64,000 nucleotides of DNA from Cycas panzhihuaensis (lineage: Eukaryota > Plantae > Cycadophyta). Made by a program: the position numbers and the translations under genes. The stretch is from positions 146,637,741-146,701,740 of the forward strand of contig CM041465.1 in the NCBI GenBank assembly GCA_023213395.1, given 5' to 3'. Positions 12,800 to 25,680 of the stretch are shown in pieces. The notes under the pieces were generated by a model. The model did no database searches. It was not told where the DNA came from and saw nothing but the letters and a program-made list of their open reading frames with translations. The stretch's first letter is position 1. Every line of letters begins with the position of its first letter.

Positions 12800-12890
12800 C
12801 AAAATTTTGGATCTATTGTGCTCACAATGGAGATAACAAATAGACTTTTCAAGTTAGGAGTGAGGCACACTGTTTTAGTATACAATAATT
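12800..12890 (+). pseudogene. Possible captured P-class PPR fragment
   Basis: FGSIVLTMEITNRLFKLGVRHTVLVYNN resembles a PPR helix-B / G..P.V..YN junction. Confidence 0.5.
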
Positions 12891-12944
12891 TTCAGTGTTT
12901 TATTGAGAAATTACAGGATTAATACAAATACAGGAAAATATATT

Positions 12945-13046
12945 TGCAGGATTAATATGGCTAAGAGATACTATAATCACATGCTAAAGAAAAGGTTTTT
13001 GCCTGATGTCTATACTCACAATATTCTTATTAGAGGGTTTTGTGTA
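12945..13046 (+). pseudogene. Captured P-class PPR fragment
   Basis: CRINMAKRYYNHMLKKRFLPDVYTHNILIRGFCV matches the P-PPR consensus A.....M...G..PDV.TYN.LI.GFC. Confidence 0.85.
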
Positions 13047-16000
13047 TCCTCTAATACCAAGGTTCCAAACCTTGATCGAACCTTGATCAACCTACTGATA
13101 TTGAGACTTAGTTTCTTTTACTGATAAGGTGTTACCATTCTAAAACTGGTGTTTACTAAAGAATAGAGCTCTTATAATGCACACGAGCCTGGCTGCAGAA
13201 GCTTGGATCGACAAGCACTTTGCAAAGTGCCCAGTATATTGTTGAGGATTTGAAGTCTTCGTAGGAGATTTGGAATGTAGATAATTAAATCCCTAATCCT
13301 TGTCTATGTAATATGTGGAATGTTGTATTTTTTTCTTTATAAAGAATGTAATATTTCAAAAAACTCAAAATAAAGGATTTATTTCCCCTTTTTTTATTCT
13401 TTTTTTTTGTGTCATTCAATGGACTACAAAAAGACAGAAAATTTTAAATATTTTGACAGAAAATATATCAAGCAATGAAATGTATATATATGTATCTAAG
13501 ATTTTTCAAAGAAATATATTGAGCAGATATATCAAAAATGTGTTTAAATCTGAAAACAGTATGAAAAAAACCTAGTAAACGTAGCTGTAGCTAACTTAAT
13601 CTTGTGTATATCTTCTTTAGAAGGCTGAATATGCCTCAAATATTATAGATCTGATAAACAGTTGATTTGTAGCAGAAAAAATAGGCTTAAAAAGCTTCCA
13701 ATAGGTAAATCTTCTTCCTCACATGTCGAATATAGGTAGATCTACTGTAATAAATGATTTGGTGGGCAGAATATGCACCTAAAAGCTGCAGGTCTATAAA
13801 AAACTTAAAATATATAGTCAAAAGTATAATGAAAAATATAGATCTGAAATGAAATACAACAGATCTGAACTAAATGTAGTAGAAAATGCTAAAAAAACTT
13901 GCTAAAATAAGTAGATCTATAATAAAAAATAGCAGATCTGAAGTAACAAATTACAGATCTTTGAAGAAAACTTGATAACTTTTATATGCAGCTGATGCTC
14001 TTTTGCAAATATGTGAAAAATATCAAATAAGTAGACAAAAAACTTGTAAACTATCAAAATATATGATAAATATGTAGATCTAAAGATAAAATAACTCAAA
14101 TATGAGAATAAAAACTTGAATGTATATAACTTGCTACTGAAAATCCTGCGTAGATCTGCATAAATCTTCACAGATCAGTAATCGCCTACTTTGATACCAA
14201 ATGAAGGAACAATAATAGTAGGAGAACAGGGTAGAACATATATCAAATAACCATAAACTAATATTACATCAATACATCAATGTATCACAATCACAATAGC
14301 ATAAAAACATGAAAGCTTTGTTGTTCAATCCATTGTAGTAGAAATGAGTATTATAAATCTCTCAAAAGAAGGCAGTGTCTAAAGACACTAGGGTTGTACA
14401 CCCCTTAACATTTATAGTTTAGGGGAGGAGGGAAACTCCTCAACCCCTGAATTCAAAATAATAATAAAATAATATTCACTTAACTCAAATGAAACTAACT
14501 CAACTTAACTTTAACTTACCTTTGACATGTTGAGCATCACATGTCTAAATTAAGGTGCATAATCCTGGTAGGTAAGAGGGAGTTGAGTGATGACATTACA
14601 CTTCAACATGCATATAATTTATACTTGGCTAAAATCTATAAAACTATTTCTAAATGGTCAAAGTGAAGATGCATGCTTTTGCTATAGATGGGAATATCAT
14701 CAAAGAAAACAATGATAATTTTTTCAAGGAATGAGTCAAAAGCTTTATTCATTAAAGATTAAAAGGTGGTCATAATTTTACACAAGTTAAAAAGCATTAG
14801 ATGTATCTTTAGGTGTAATGGGAATTTGACAGTACCTTAATTGGAGATATAGTTTGGGAAAAGTCACGGTAGCATGAATTTTGTCTAACATATCATTAAT
14901 TCTTAGGGTTATGTATTTATGTTTTATAGTTATTTTATTGAGCTTATAATAATGGATATAAAGCCTAAAGGAAATATCCTTTTTCTAAATTAACATAATA
15001 GGGGTAACATATGGGTTTTTATTAGGTTGGATTATTCCTATTTCCATTAGTCTTGTAGTAATCTTTTCTATTTTATTTTTTTAGAAATACAAATTTCTAT
15101 AAGACTAAAGACTAATAGGGCCATGGGGATTTTTCAACTCAATGGTGTGGTAACACCCACAATCTAGCAAGGGGCTACTGGATAAAGGCGCAAAAATAAT
15201 GTGATATTAATTTAGAATATGTTATATATTTAGGTGAATATTCATATGGTTCTAGACATTATTAATACATACTATATATCCAATGTTACTGTTTAATTTC
15301 TTACACATTTGGTTTAGTGAAACCAATATATTCAGGGGAGGTTGTATCCTATGGAGTTTATGGGTCTATCCCATATGGTCTTTATATAGAATGAGTGGGT
15401 TAGTGGGAGAGTTATTAGTATTATAGGTTCCTAAGTATTGGAGCCACTGGACTCTAAGGATAGCTTCTAACCCACCAATGGATAGGGCATAAATATTCAA
15501 AACCATCCTATAAGAGCCAATTTGAATGGTAAGGTTCTTAGTTCTTCATGTATAATGAAGAGTATAATATCCTAATAGGAACTGGATAAATCTAATTTTT
15601 GGCATAATATAAAGATTAAGTTGTCTAGCTAAAGAAATATTAATGAAGTTTGGTGATGCACCACCATTGATTAGGATGGTAATAAGGGTTTTCTTAAGGG
15701 TTCCTCTAATATATAATAGCTTGGGATACAAAGTAGAGGCTATGGTAAATAAGGAGATTTTTAGCTTAGGGTTTGAGGAAGGCTCTAAATGGGGTTCTTC
15801 TTTAAATTCTTATTTTGAATTGGAATCATCTTCAAGGAATGGATTGGGGATCAAATGTGAATACCATTCTCTTAGCCTTGTAGACTCTGCCATGTTTAGG
15901 GGTCTATTTCCCTAAGTATTAAATATAGAGGCTAGCTTCTTTGTGTTAATGTGCATTAATCAATGGAACTTAGATTAGCTTTGTTGAAGACTCTTTAAAA

Positions 16001-17614
16001 GTGTGTTCTACTATAGATCTTTATGAATCATCAAACCATAGTCATTGTTATTGAAACTAAGCCTATCATGGTCATTAGTACCATGTGGAGTATTTTCAAA
16101 AGTAAGATAACCTTTTTGTTATGAATTTTATCTGAATTGCTCAGTCCATTCTTATAACTTCTTTTAGACTTGGTAGTGACAAAGTTTTTAGGTGCATTTG
16201 GATACACTCTTTTAGTCCCATAACATAAGTATTGATCATTATTTATTTATTTGAATTTTGGATGATGTGATTCTATAAAGGTTAAAATTCACATGTGTAG
16301 GCTTTCACCAATAACACTTGCTTTAATCTTGTAAGTTAGTTGAAGAATGATTAATTCTAAGTTTCTTCATACTACTCAAAGAAACTACTAAAGAAGTGTG
16401 CTTATGCCTAGTTTATAGGATATTCTTACTACAACCAATAAAACCAATGATGTACTTTACTATCCATATAAATGGATGTAAATGTTAATTAATCATTAAT
16501 GAACATTAGATTAAGGAAAAGTAAGACTCCAACTTACTTATCTAGCTTCAAGCGCTATCCCTATTAAGATTTGGATTGATAGTAGAGATGTTTATTTTAT
16601 GATGAAGTTATTACTATCATGGAGGAGGATTGCCTATTTGATGTGAAGGAGTGTTACTTATAAAATGAGAGAATGATTGTAGTATTTGAGCTAATAATTA
16701 TTCCATCTAGTTCATGATTAAAACTATGTTAGAATTTGATGCAAGAGAATATATGTTAAGATTTACCTCTATTTTAAGTTCAAAGAAATAAGTTTTTAAT
16801 GTGAAGATTTGGTCTTCCTAAGTAAGAGCCATCATTAATGTTAGCAAATAACATTATCTTATGTAACTTTATATATTTTATATAGATTAATATTATGTTA
16901 TATTTTAATTAGAAAGTAGTTGATTGGGTGGTTATCCAATTCAACATATTTAAATGTCCTATTTTCACTACTAAAATATAGGGGGGGAAAGACATGATAT
17001 ATTATTATTTTCTTAGGTGGATTTTTATCCCCCAAAGTGGTTTTTCACTTGTGCAAATCTGGTGTCAATGTTGTGTGCTCTTATTATTTAATACAAATCT
17101 ACTTTTATGAACTTGAATGTAATTTTTTAATCATATTCTATTGTTCAATTCTGACATGGTGTCAGAGTAAACTAGAAGATGTCCTACAATAAAAATTTCT
17201 TTGAAATATCTAATGAATAAATTAGAAAGATATTTATAAAGTGATTGAATTCAAGGTAAGCATCACATTAACTCTTTTTTTTCTTTTTTTTGAATTTATT
17301 TAACAAGAACTTAGAAAAGTTTTATAATACATATTCTAATTTTTTCAAAAAAAAAAAGGACAACAAATTTAATAACACTAACTATACTCTATATAATAGT
17401 TTTCTTTCAGAAGGATTTCATGCAAAATGCTAAATTTTTGCTTTAAAAGGAAATATATATAAAGCTTGTTACATCTCTACATCACTATGCTCCAATACCC
17501 CAGAGGTCAAAGCTAGCAGACAAACTAGAGCTAAAGTAACATACAACCTGTAGAGGAGCAACCTTGCCACAAGTTTTAACTTTATTATTTGTTTTATTTA
17601 TACCATTAGTACCC

Positions 17615-20600
17615 TGTTACGAACCTTGTTCATAACAGGAACCCAATCACTAGATTGCAAAAGCATAAATGTGATGCACAAGAGAAATTGATTTGATAAA
17701 TAGTCAAAAGACCAAATGTTAATTGATAAAAGTTAAATGATATTCATATTATATTTGGGACCAATTTTATATACATATTAGGCCCTTTTCACAGAAGGTT
17801 GTGCCCGTTCAATAGCACCTATTTATTTAATTAATTAAACCCTTTTGCTTAAGGAGGTTTATAACAAGTCCTCCCTCTTAAGATGTTTCACCCATAAAAC
17901 ATAGTCAAACGATTGCAGTCCTTTAAACATATGATGTCCTTCATTGTAGTAGAGTCCATTAGGTGATTAGATGGATGTTGCAGGTATTTATTGAAAATTT
18001 CTTCAGGTTGAAAACCTCAACTATATTTTTGGAATGCTTGTGGTTGCTTCTTTATTTCTTTACCCTGATCTTTGTGTGGTATGATTTTAGTTTTGTTCAA
18101 TCCTTTTCCTAATAATGTGATGATTCTTCCTTCTTTCTTAAATCGCATAAATTGTTCATGAATAATCATTTCAAAGGTTCCAAGTGTACTGAGCCATTGA
18201 CTGCCCAACATAATAGCTATACCTCCTACCTCAACGACGTAGAAACCTTCTATAATACTGACGTCATTTAACATGAGTTTAAGGTTCTCCATTATACCTT
18301 GGCCAGAGATTTCCTATCTTCCTCCAACAGTGACGTTAAAACAAGGAGTCCTTAATGGGAATAGCCTTAGTTGTTATGCACAGTTTTAATCTATAAAATT
18401 ATGGGTGTTACCTAAATCTATCAAGATTGTTACAACTTGATTTTTTATAGATCCTTATAATTTTAAGGTATTTGATTGATTAAAACTGCTCATAAATGAT
18501 AATGACATTTGCAGATGGTTGACCTCGAGATTACTGTAGCTCTCTTGATGTTCTGCATTATAACAATTTCCTTGATTATTTTCTGATCCTTGTTCTTCTT
18601 CATTGATATTATCATCTGGCAGTAGTTTGATTGTATATAACTCGTTCTTTTGACATTGATACCTATGTTCCCACTTCTTCTCATATCTGAAGCATAGGTT
18701 TTTTCTTCTTAACTCTTCTTACTCTGTTTTTATTTTTTGAATGATTAGTTTAGCGGGTCGATTTTGGTTGACTGATACGTGTCTATATTGAACACTTGGT
18801 AAAAGATCATGTCGACCAGGTGGAGGAATATAGAAATCTGTGCCTGCTTTGCGTAAGACCTTATGTTTATCTTCATGTATTTTGGCTAACTGTATTACCT
18901 TGTTAAGGTCCTTTGGTTCATGAATTTTAACGTCAGCTTGGATCTCTGTTATCAGGCCATCTATATATAACTAGATAAGTAGATTAGTTAGAATATCTTC
19001 TAGCACATAGCTTAACCTCGTGAATGCTACACTATATTCTTCTACAGAACCAATTTACTTTAATTTTTATAACTCACAATAATAATTGCGATTAGATACA
19101 GTTTCAAATCGCTTAATAAATAAACACACGAATTCCTTCCAGGTTGCTAATTGATCTCGAAAAGAGGTTTGTTCAAGACACTGCCACCATTCACATGCTA
19201 TTCCATCCATGTGTAGGGTGGCTAATGGAACTTGCTCTGCCAACTCAATCTCCATTCAGCGGAAATAGTTTTCCATTTGTTGTATCAATACTCTTGGCTC
19301 ATGTGATTTTTACTCCATACTGAAATGTTATATAGTAATCTTTTTTAACTTTTTATTTTTCTAAGTTTGAATATTTTGTAAGCAGTTGAAGTATGCTTGA
19401 AAACCCACTATCCTCTATTCTTCAGGGGTCAAATTGCGATACTCATTAAGGTATTTTCTGATAGCTTCATTCTTAGTATTAATTTGAGTCATTTGAGGAC
19501 TAGAATATTTTTTAATTGTCTGATTTCTGATATGAGATTATCGACTCATGGCTTCATCCTTAGAATTAGGAACGATCATATCTTCCTTCCCCTTCACCAT
19601 TATGATTGTCAATTTATCCAATATCTGGTGTAATGTATGATTTAATAGAGCATTTGATGTCTGGACTGCTTCGTGGACTACTTAAGTGATCGGTTTGACG
19701 ATATCTCTTTGAATGGTATTCTCTGCCATATCTTCTGGATTCATTATCTTAATAATAGTATAAGTATGATTCCACTAATTGACTATCATGATCAAGTTGT
19801 CAAAGAATGTATGCTTCTCCTGTTAATCTTTTTGACGTCTTTAATTGATGTATACATCTCAAATATTAGATGAAACTTCAATATCCTAATATAATATTTC
19901 GTTCTTCGCTTTACACCACTTAAGGTATCTCAAGTTGGTCACACTCGTATACAAAAGGCAAGATTGGTCAACTATTTAATATCCAAAGGATATTAAATTG
20001 ATTTAATGAGGTGATGTGGCTTAGAATAAAATAAAACTAAAATATTCAACGTATGATTAAAAATACTGTCTAATAAATATTGTGACAATCCAAGATTATG
20101 GATATGGCAAAGAACCTTAAAGACTATTGATATAGCAAAGAATAGTTAAGTAACTTATATATGTATTTAATAGAGTGAATATAAGGATGAATATAAATTA
20201 TATCTAGCTAATAAGGTATAACCTTAATATTATGAAATAATTATTGAGATAATAAATGTATTAGTGAAAGATTACTGCAATAGAAATATGTCACTTCAAT
20301 ATTAGAATGGACTCTTAAAGTTGAGATTGTTTTTACTTGTATATATATGTATACATATGATATAACAAAAGAATTATAAATTTGTGTGATAAACTTAGTA
20401 TATAATACACTAAAGGTGATGTAATATTATACGCCAATATATTGGCAGCTTTTATATACTTGATGCAATACGTGATGAATAGGCAGAGAAGGAATAGAAG
20501 GATGAAACGGGGACGGACTTGAGACGTTGATGATGAAGAAGATGATGGCGAAATGGCGAAAAGACATTGATGATTGAAGAACAAAGATGCAACTCAAAGG

Positions 20601-21746
20601 ATAGGGATAGAATTGAAAACTGAGACGCAATGGCCTGAGTGTAGTAGCACAAAAGATGGGCGATGTAGGATGCAAGATGTAAATGATGGTTATGTCTTAA
20701 ATGATGGCGGAAGGAAGAGTACCTCTATATAATGTGTATTTATAAGCTTCAATGAAAACCAAAAAATCTCGAGGCAAAATAGAAGACTGTAGTGATGAGA
20801 AAATGATAAGAACTGAAGAACGTGGAGTGACGAGAAGACGCGCGTGGTGTGACCAGTGACGAGAAAGAAGGCACACATGGGGGTGACAAGAAAATGAGAA
20901 AACGCGCAGTGACGAGAAAAAATATAGAAACGTGCAGTGACGAGAAGACGCACATGGGTGACCAGTGACGAGAAAATGAGAAAGTGTGTAGTAAACAGTA
21001 CAGCAACAAGAACAATCCACTAGTTGAATGCAGTGACGAAAATGAGAAAATAGTGATGAGAATGACAAAAAAGGCCCAACAACAAGAATGAGAATAAATC
21101 ACAATGGCTGGTAACCAGCAATGATAATGGGATGGGAACCAGTGAGTGACGAGAGACCAGAAATCCACAAGAGATGACACAGCGACCAGAGGCGACACAA
21201 ATAATGGCATTGATTGAGAGACGAATTGGTTGTCTCACTAATGCCATAAATTAAATTCCAGGCGTGTCAAGTTGGCAGATGAACCGATGATAGTGACAAA
21301 TATTACTAGTGGACATATCGTGATGAGATGAAAGGGTAAATTCATGTACAAATAATGGTGAAATACAATTAGATGAGCTAAGAGAAGATACACAGATGTA
21401 ATGTTCACTGATATGAAGAAATAGTCAGACCAGCGATAATTGGATTGATAATATAGATTACTGACGAGGAGCCCAGGACTGCTCTGATACCACTTGTTAC
21501 GAACCTTGTTCATAACTGGAACCCAATCACCAGATTGCAAAAGCATAAACATGATGCACAAGAGAAATTGATTTGATAAATAGTCAAATGACCAAATGTT
21601 AATTGATAAAAGTTGAATGATGTCCATATTACATTTGGGACCAATTTTATATGCATATTAGGCCCTTTTCATGGAAGGTTGTGCCCATTCAATAGCACCT
21701 ATTTATTTAATTAATTAAACCCTTTTGCTTAAGGAGGTTCATAACA
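17615..21746 (-). mobile_element. Non-autonomous Gypsy (gag plus protease only), Gypsy-2
   Basis: 252-bp LTRs at 17615-17866 and 21495-21746 (about 14 differences); perfect TSD TACCC; intact PBS complement GCTCTGATACCA at 21481-21492; PPT at 17867-17879. Gag remnants about 18.6-19.4 kb and protease ILIDLGNTHNFI about 18400. No RT or integrase seen. Confidence 0.9.
20790..21160. repeat. About 28-bp degenerate tandem repeat with a GTGACGAGAA core in the Gypsy-2 leader
   Basis: Core at about 20827, 20856, 20883, 20909, 20937 and 20965, with variants at about 20791, 21033, 21053 and 21146. Confidence 0.75.
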
Positions 21747-21794
21747 TACCCACCATCAGAAGAGAATGAAGGTGTCAAGAATTAAAAGAGTGTA

Positions 21795-22070
21795 GAGATG
21801 AGTTACCATTACTATTACTGGAATAGAGTATAGAGCTAAGTTACCGCCACCATCACCAAAGTTGAGTTACCATCACTGAGTATAAAATTGAGTTACCATC
21901 ACCATAATCAAAGCTGAGTTACCATCACCAAATATAGAGTTGAGTCATATCATTGGTGCCAAAGCTGAGTTATCATCACCAAATACAAAGCTAAGTTATA
22001 TCACCATTGTTAGAGTCAAGTTACCATTATTGTCACTAAGTGTATAGCTAAGGTATCATTGCCAGCATCA
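21795..22070. repeat. Degenerate tandem repeat (GAGTTACCATCAC core, about 24-28 bp) in the Copia-1 leader
   Basis: About 9-10 imperfect copies visible. Confidence 0.7.
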
Positions 22071-22602
22071 GCAAGCTCCATCTATAACTATTGTTGCAAT
22101 AATAAAAAGAGAGTGAGGTGACCCCTCCTCCAAAATGTGACCTAACCCTACCATTCAATCATGATCATTATTGATGGTCATTAAATATTTAATACAACTT
22201 TATTTACCTACCAAGTTTTTGTAATAGGTAAGGATATTTTGATTCATTTTTTTGTTAACCTTTAAACCTATTAAGTTTTAACATTATATAACATTCCTTT
22301 ATATTATTAATATTATTAATCCTCCTTTATATTATTAACATTATTAATCTTTATTATTACTTTTAACATTATTAACATTAATATTTTTTCTTATTATTCT
22401 TAATATTAATAACATTATTAATCTTCCTTTATATTATTAAGTTTTATTCTTATATATTTTAACCATAGAATCCTTCTTTGTGTGTTAAACTTCATATTAA
22501 TCTTATTGTTATATATAAGTTATTTTGTAATAAGTTTCATTTATTTTACTAAATATTTATTATAATCTTATAAAAAGGCAATGTCCTATTTATTTTCCTA
22601 AT

Positions 22603-22606
<4 letters not shown>

Positions 22607-22638
<32 letters not shown>

Positions 22639-22650
22639 CATACATATACA
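22607..22650. repeat. (TA)n(TACA)n microsatellite
   Basis: Directly visible. Confidence 0.9.
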
Positions 22651-25600
22651 AAGGTTAAATTTTTATCTTTTCTGTTGGTTTACAAAGAAAATAATGTCTA
22701 TCTAACACCTAATGGCAATATTTAACATTGTAAGCATGTGATAACTATCATTTCACATATATAATATTAAAACAAAATTTTATCAGTGGTTACTTCTTTT
22801 TATTCTTATATTATATAACTTAATTCATTATTTTTAAAGATTATTATAGAGTATGTACCCTCTTTTTTAAAGGACAACATGTCTAGAAAATAAACTTGAT
22901 TTGTTAATCTAATTTAGAAGTTAATTATCATACAAATTTAGTAAACTAAATAGTTTGTCCCATAGGCTAATCTTATACTCACACACTTTTTCCCAATGGC
23001 CTTTATGCTAGGAGTTATCCTTTCTATAAAAATTTTAATATTAAATAACTCAAACTATATTGACTACAATGTCAAAGTATTAAATCAACTAAAACAATAA
23101 AAGTTATAGTGATATATCACTAGGGAATTCAGGCAACCTATAGACACTACTTTAGATGCCTACACAGTTTATCTAATTAATTATGATGGCACCCTAAACA
23201 CCATTTTCACTTATTTATCTCCTGACATATAATGGTAGTTCACTAATATGGACGATCTTACAACTATGTCAAGTTAGTTGTTGTAGAAAAATACAAAACA
23301 ATTATAACAATATATGTTGAAAATGATGACACACTTATATATCTTATAGTAAACAAACTTCCAAAATCTTTCAACCAATACAAAGCTGCTAGGGAATAGT
23401 ATAGGCATCCTTATATTTCTTTTGATCAGATTACAAACCAATTGATTGAATATCAATTAATGTGCATCCAAACTAGAGATTTAAAAGACCCTTCATAGGT
23501 TCTTTTATCTAATATTAAATCACAACCAAAACAAAAATGTCTAAATCATTTAGTTAATAACCATAACAATCCTAAACCTAAAATATAATTTAGAAATACA
23601 TCTTCCTCAAACCTTAATAATCAAAACTCTAAATATATGAGAACATTTAAAAATTTGAATACACAAAGACATGAGCAATACTCGCATCTAATGAAAAGCA
23701 CTACTAAACCAAGTTATAATCAAAACATTAGTTGTGCTTTATATCACAAGAAAGGTCATACTATAGATATTTATAAAAACCAATTAGCTTCTAAAGCATA
23801 TATAGCTTTGAAAGGAATTTAAACAAAATCCCATAACTCTCTAACCATTTCTACTTTAACTTTTATAGTTCCCACTTCACTACCACCTTCATGGGTACTT
23901 GATTCTGGTGCCTCTCACCATATGATTAGACACCAAGAGAACTTTTATGTTTATAATTCCAAAATAAATTTTGATGAAGAAATTTCTTTTGGTAGTGGTT
24001 CTCAACTCAAAGTTATAGGAATGGGAAATGTTTCCCTGATGAATAGTTCTATAAACCTAACGTGTTATCTATTTACCAAATTTATTAGAAGAATTTAGTG
24101 GTTAAATTCTGGAAAGATAAATTTGTTATTAAATAATCCTTCAATAAGTTTAAAGTAATTACTTCCATAACTATAGTCCATAAAAGTAGTCTTTATAACC
24201 TTGAAGATATTACCCATATAGTTAAGAGAAGGTCCTTCACTCCCTTTATTATTTGATTTGATCCTATTAGTTAATTATAGAATGTACGCTTTAGTCATAC
24301 AAGCTATGGAAAATTATAATTTCCCAATCAACATGATATGGTTCATGGTCTTCCTCCCTTAGCCACAATGTATGGTGTTTCTAAAGTATGTATGTTAGGT
24401 AAATAAAACATAGATCCATTCCCTCATAAAATAAACTTTAGAGCTAAAACCACACTTGAACTTATACACTTTGATATTTATGGCCCCTTCTAAGTTTTAT
24501 CATATTCTAAAAATAAATATTTTATAACTTCCATTGATGATTATACAAGAAATTATTAGGTTTACATACTTAAAACATGAAATAAAGCATTTAATACCTT
24601 CTTAGAATTTAAAGCTTTAATAGAAAATTAGTCTAATCTTAAAATCAAAATTCGCAGGATTGATAATATAAAAGAATATATAAGTAATGAATTTAAACTT
24701 TTTTATAAAAAGAATGCCATCAAACTTCAACACCCTTTTGCTTATACTCCTTAGTAAAATAGTGCTGCAGAATATAAAAGTTAAACTCTAGTTGAAATAA
24801 CTCATTATATACTTCATGAAAAAAACCTAGACCTTAAACTATGGGTAGAAGTTATTTTTTTCTCTAATTACCATTTGAAAAGGTTGCCTTCTAAAGCTTT
24901 AGATAAGGTAACATAAGAACAAAAATGGTCTAGTAAAAAACCCTATGTAAAACACCTTAAAGTCTTTGGAAGTATTGCTTAGGCACATATTTTAAAAGAG
25001 AAAAAATAAAAGCTTAACTCAAAAAACTCTAAGTTTCTCTTCATTATTTATAGAAAAGAAAGTAAATCCTACCATTTGCTTGAACCTACTACCCACACCT
25101 TTTTTATTAGATGTGATATAAAATTTGATAAAGAAGGATCTTCATCTAATTCAAACTCTGAACAAATTTCTCTTCTTGTAGAAAACATTCTCACTAATAG
25201 TACCTTACCATTCAAAAAATAAGTTGATAAAGAAAATGTGAAAAGTTTAAAAAAACAAGTACAAAAGTAGAATTTATTTCAAATTAAAAATAAATTACCT
25301 TCTCATGAGATTAAATTAACATTTACTTCCCATCCCCTAAACCTTAAATAACCAAATCCATTCAAAAAACCCTTTTTGATGATAGCATTGATATCATTAA
25401 CCCTTTGGAAACCAAAAAAATAAGGTCCAAACAACTTTAGGCAAATTTTTATTTAATGGCTAAAGTAATATCAAATTGTGATCCTACTACCTTTTAGGAA
25501 GCATACAAATACCTAATTTTATAATAAGTTATGAAAACTAAATATGAAGCTCTTATTAAAAACTTTACTTAGGACTTGGTTTCTTTTCCTCTAAGGAAAA

Positions 25601-25680
25601 ACTTAGTTGACTATAAATACATCTATTGTGTCAAATATAGCTCTGAAGGTAACATTGAGAAACATAAATATTATCATGTT

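Larger units (their letters stand above)
9248..14608 (-). mobile_element. Family A non-autonomous LTR element, complete copy A2
   Basis: LTRs at 9248-9664 and 14202-14608 (TG...CA; about 26 substitutions plus one 10-bp indel). PBS complement at 14188-14199; PPT at 9665-9675; TSD GGCAT/TGCAT. Inserted in the Gypsy-1 RT. Confidence 0.92.

Noticed and set aside
20333-21627. Cluster of overlapping minus-strand ORFs
   Set aside because: They arise from the stop-poor tandem-repeat leader and LTR of Gypsy-2; no domain similarity seen.
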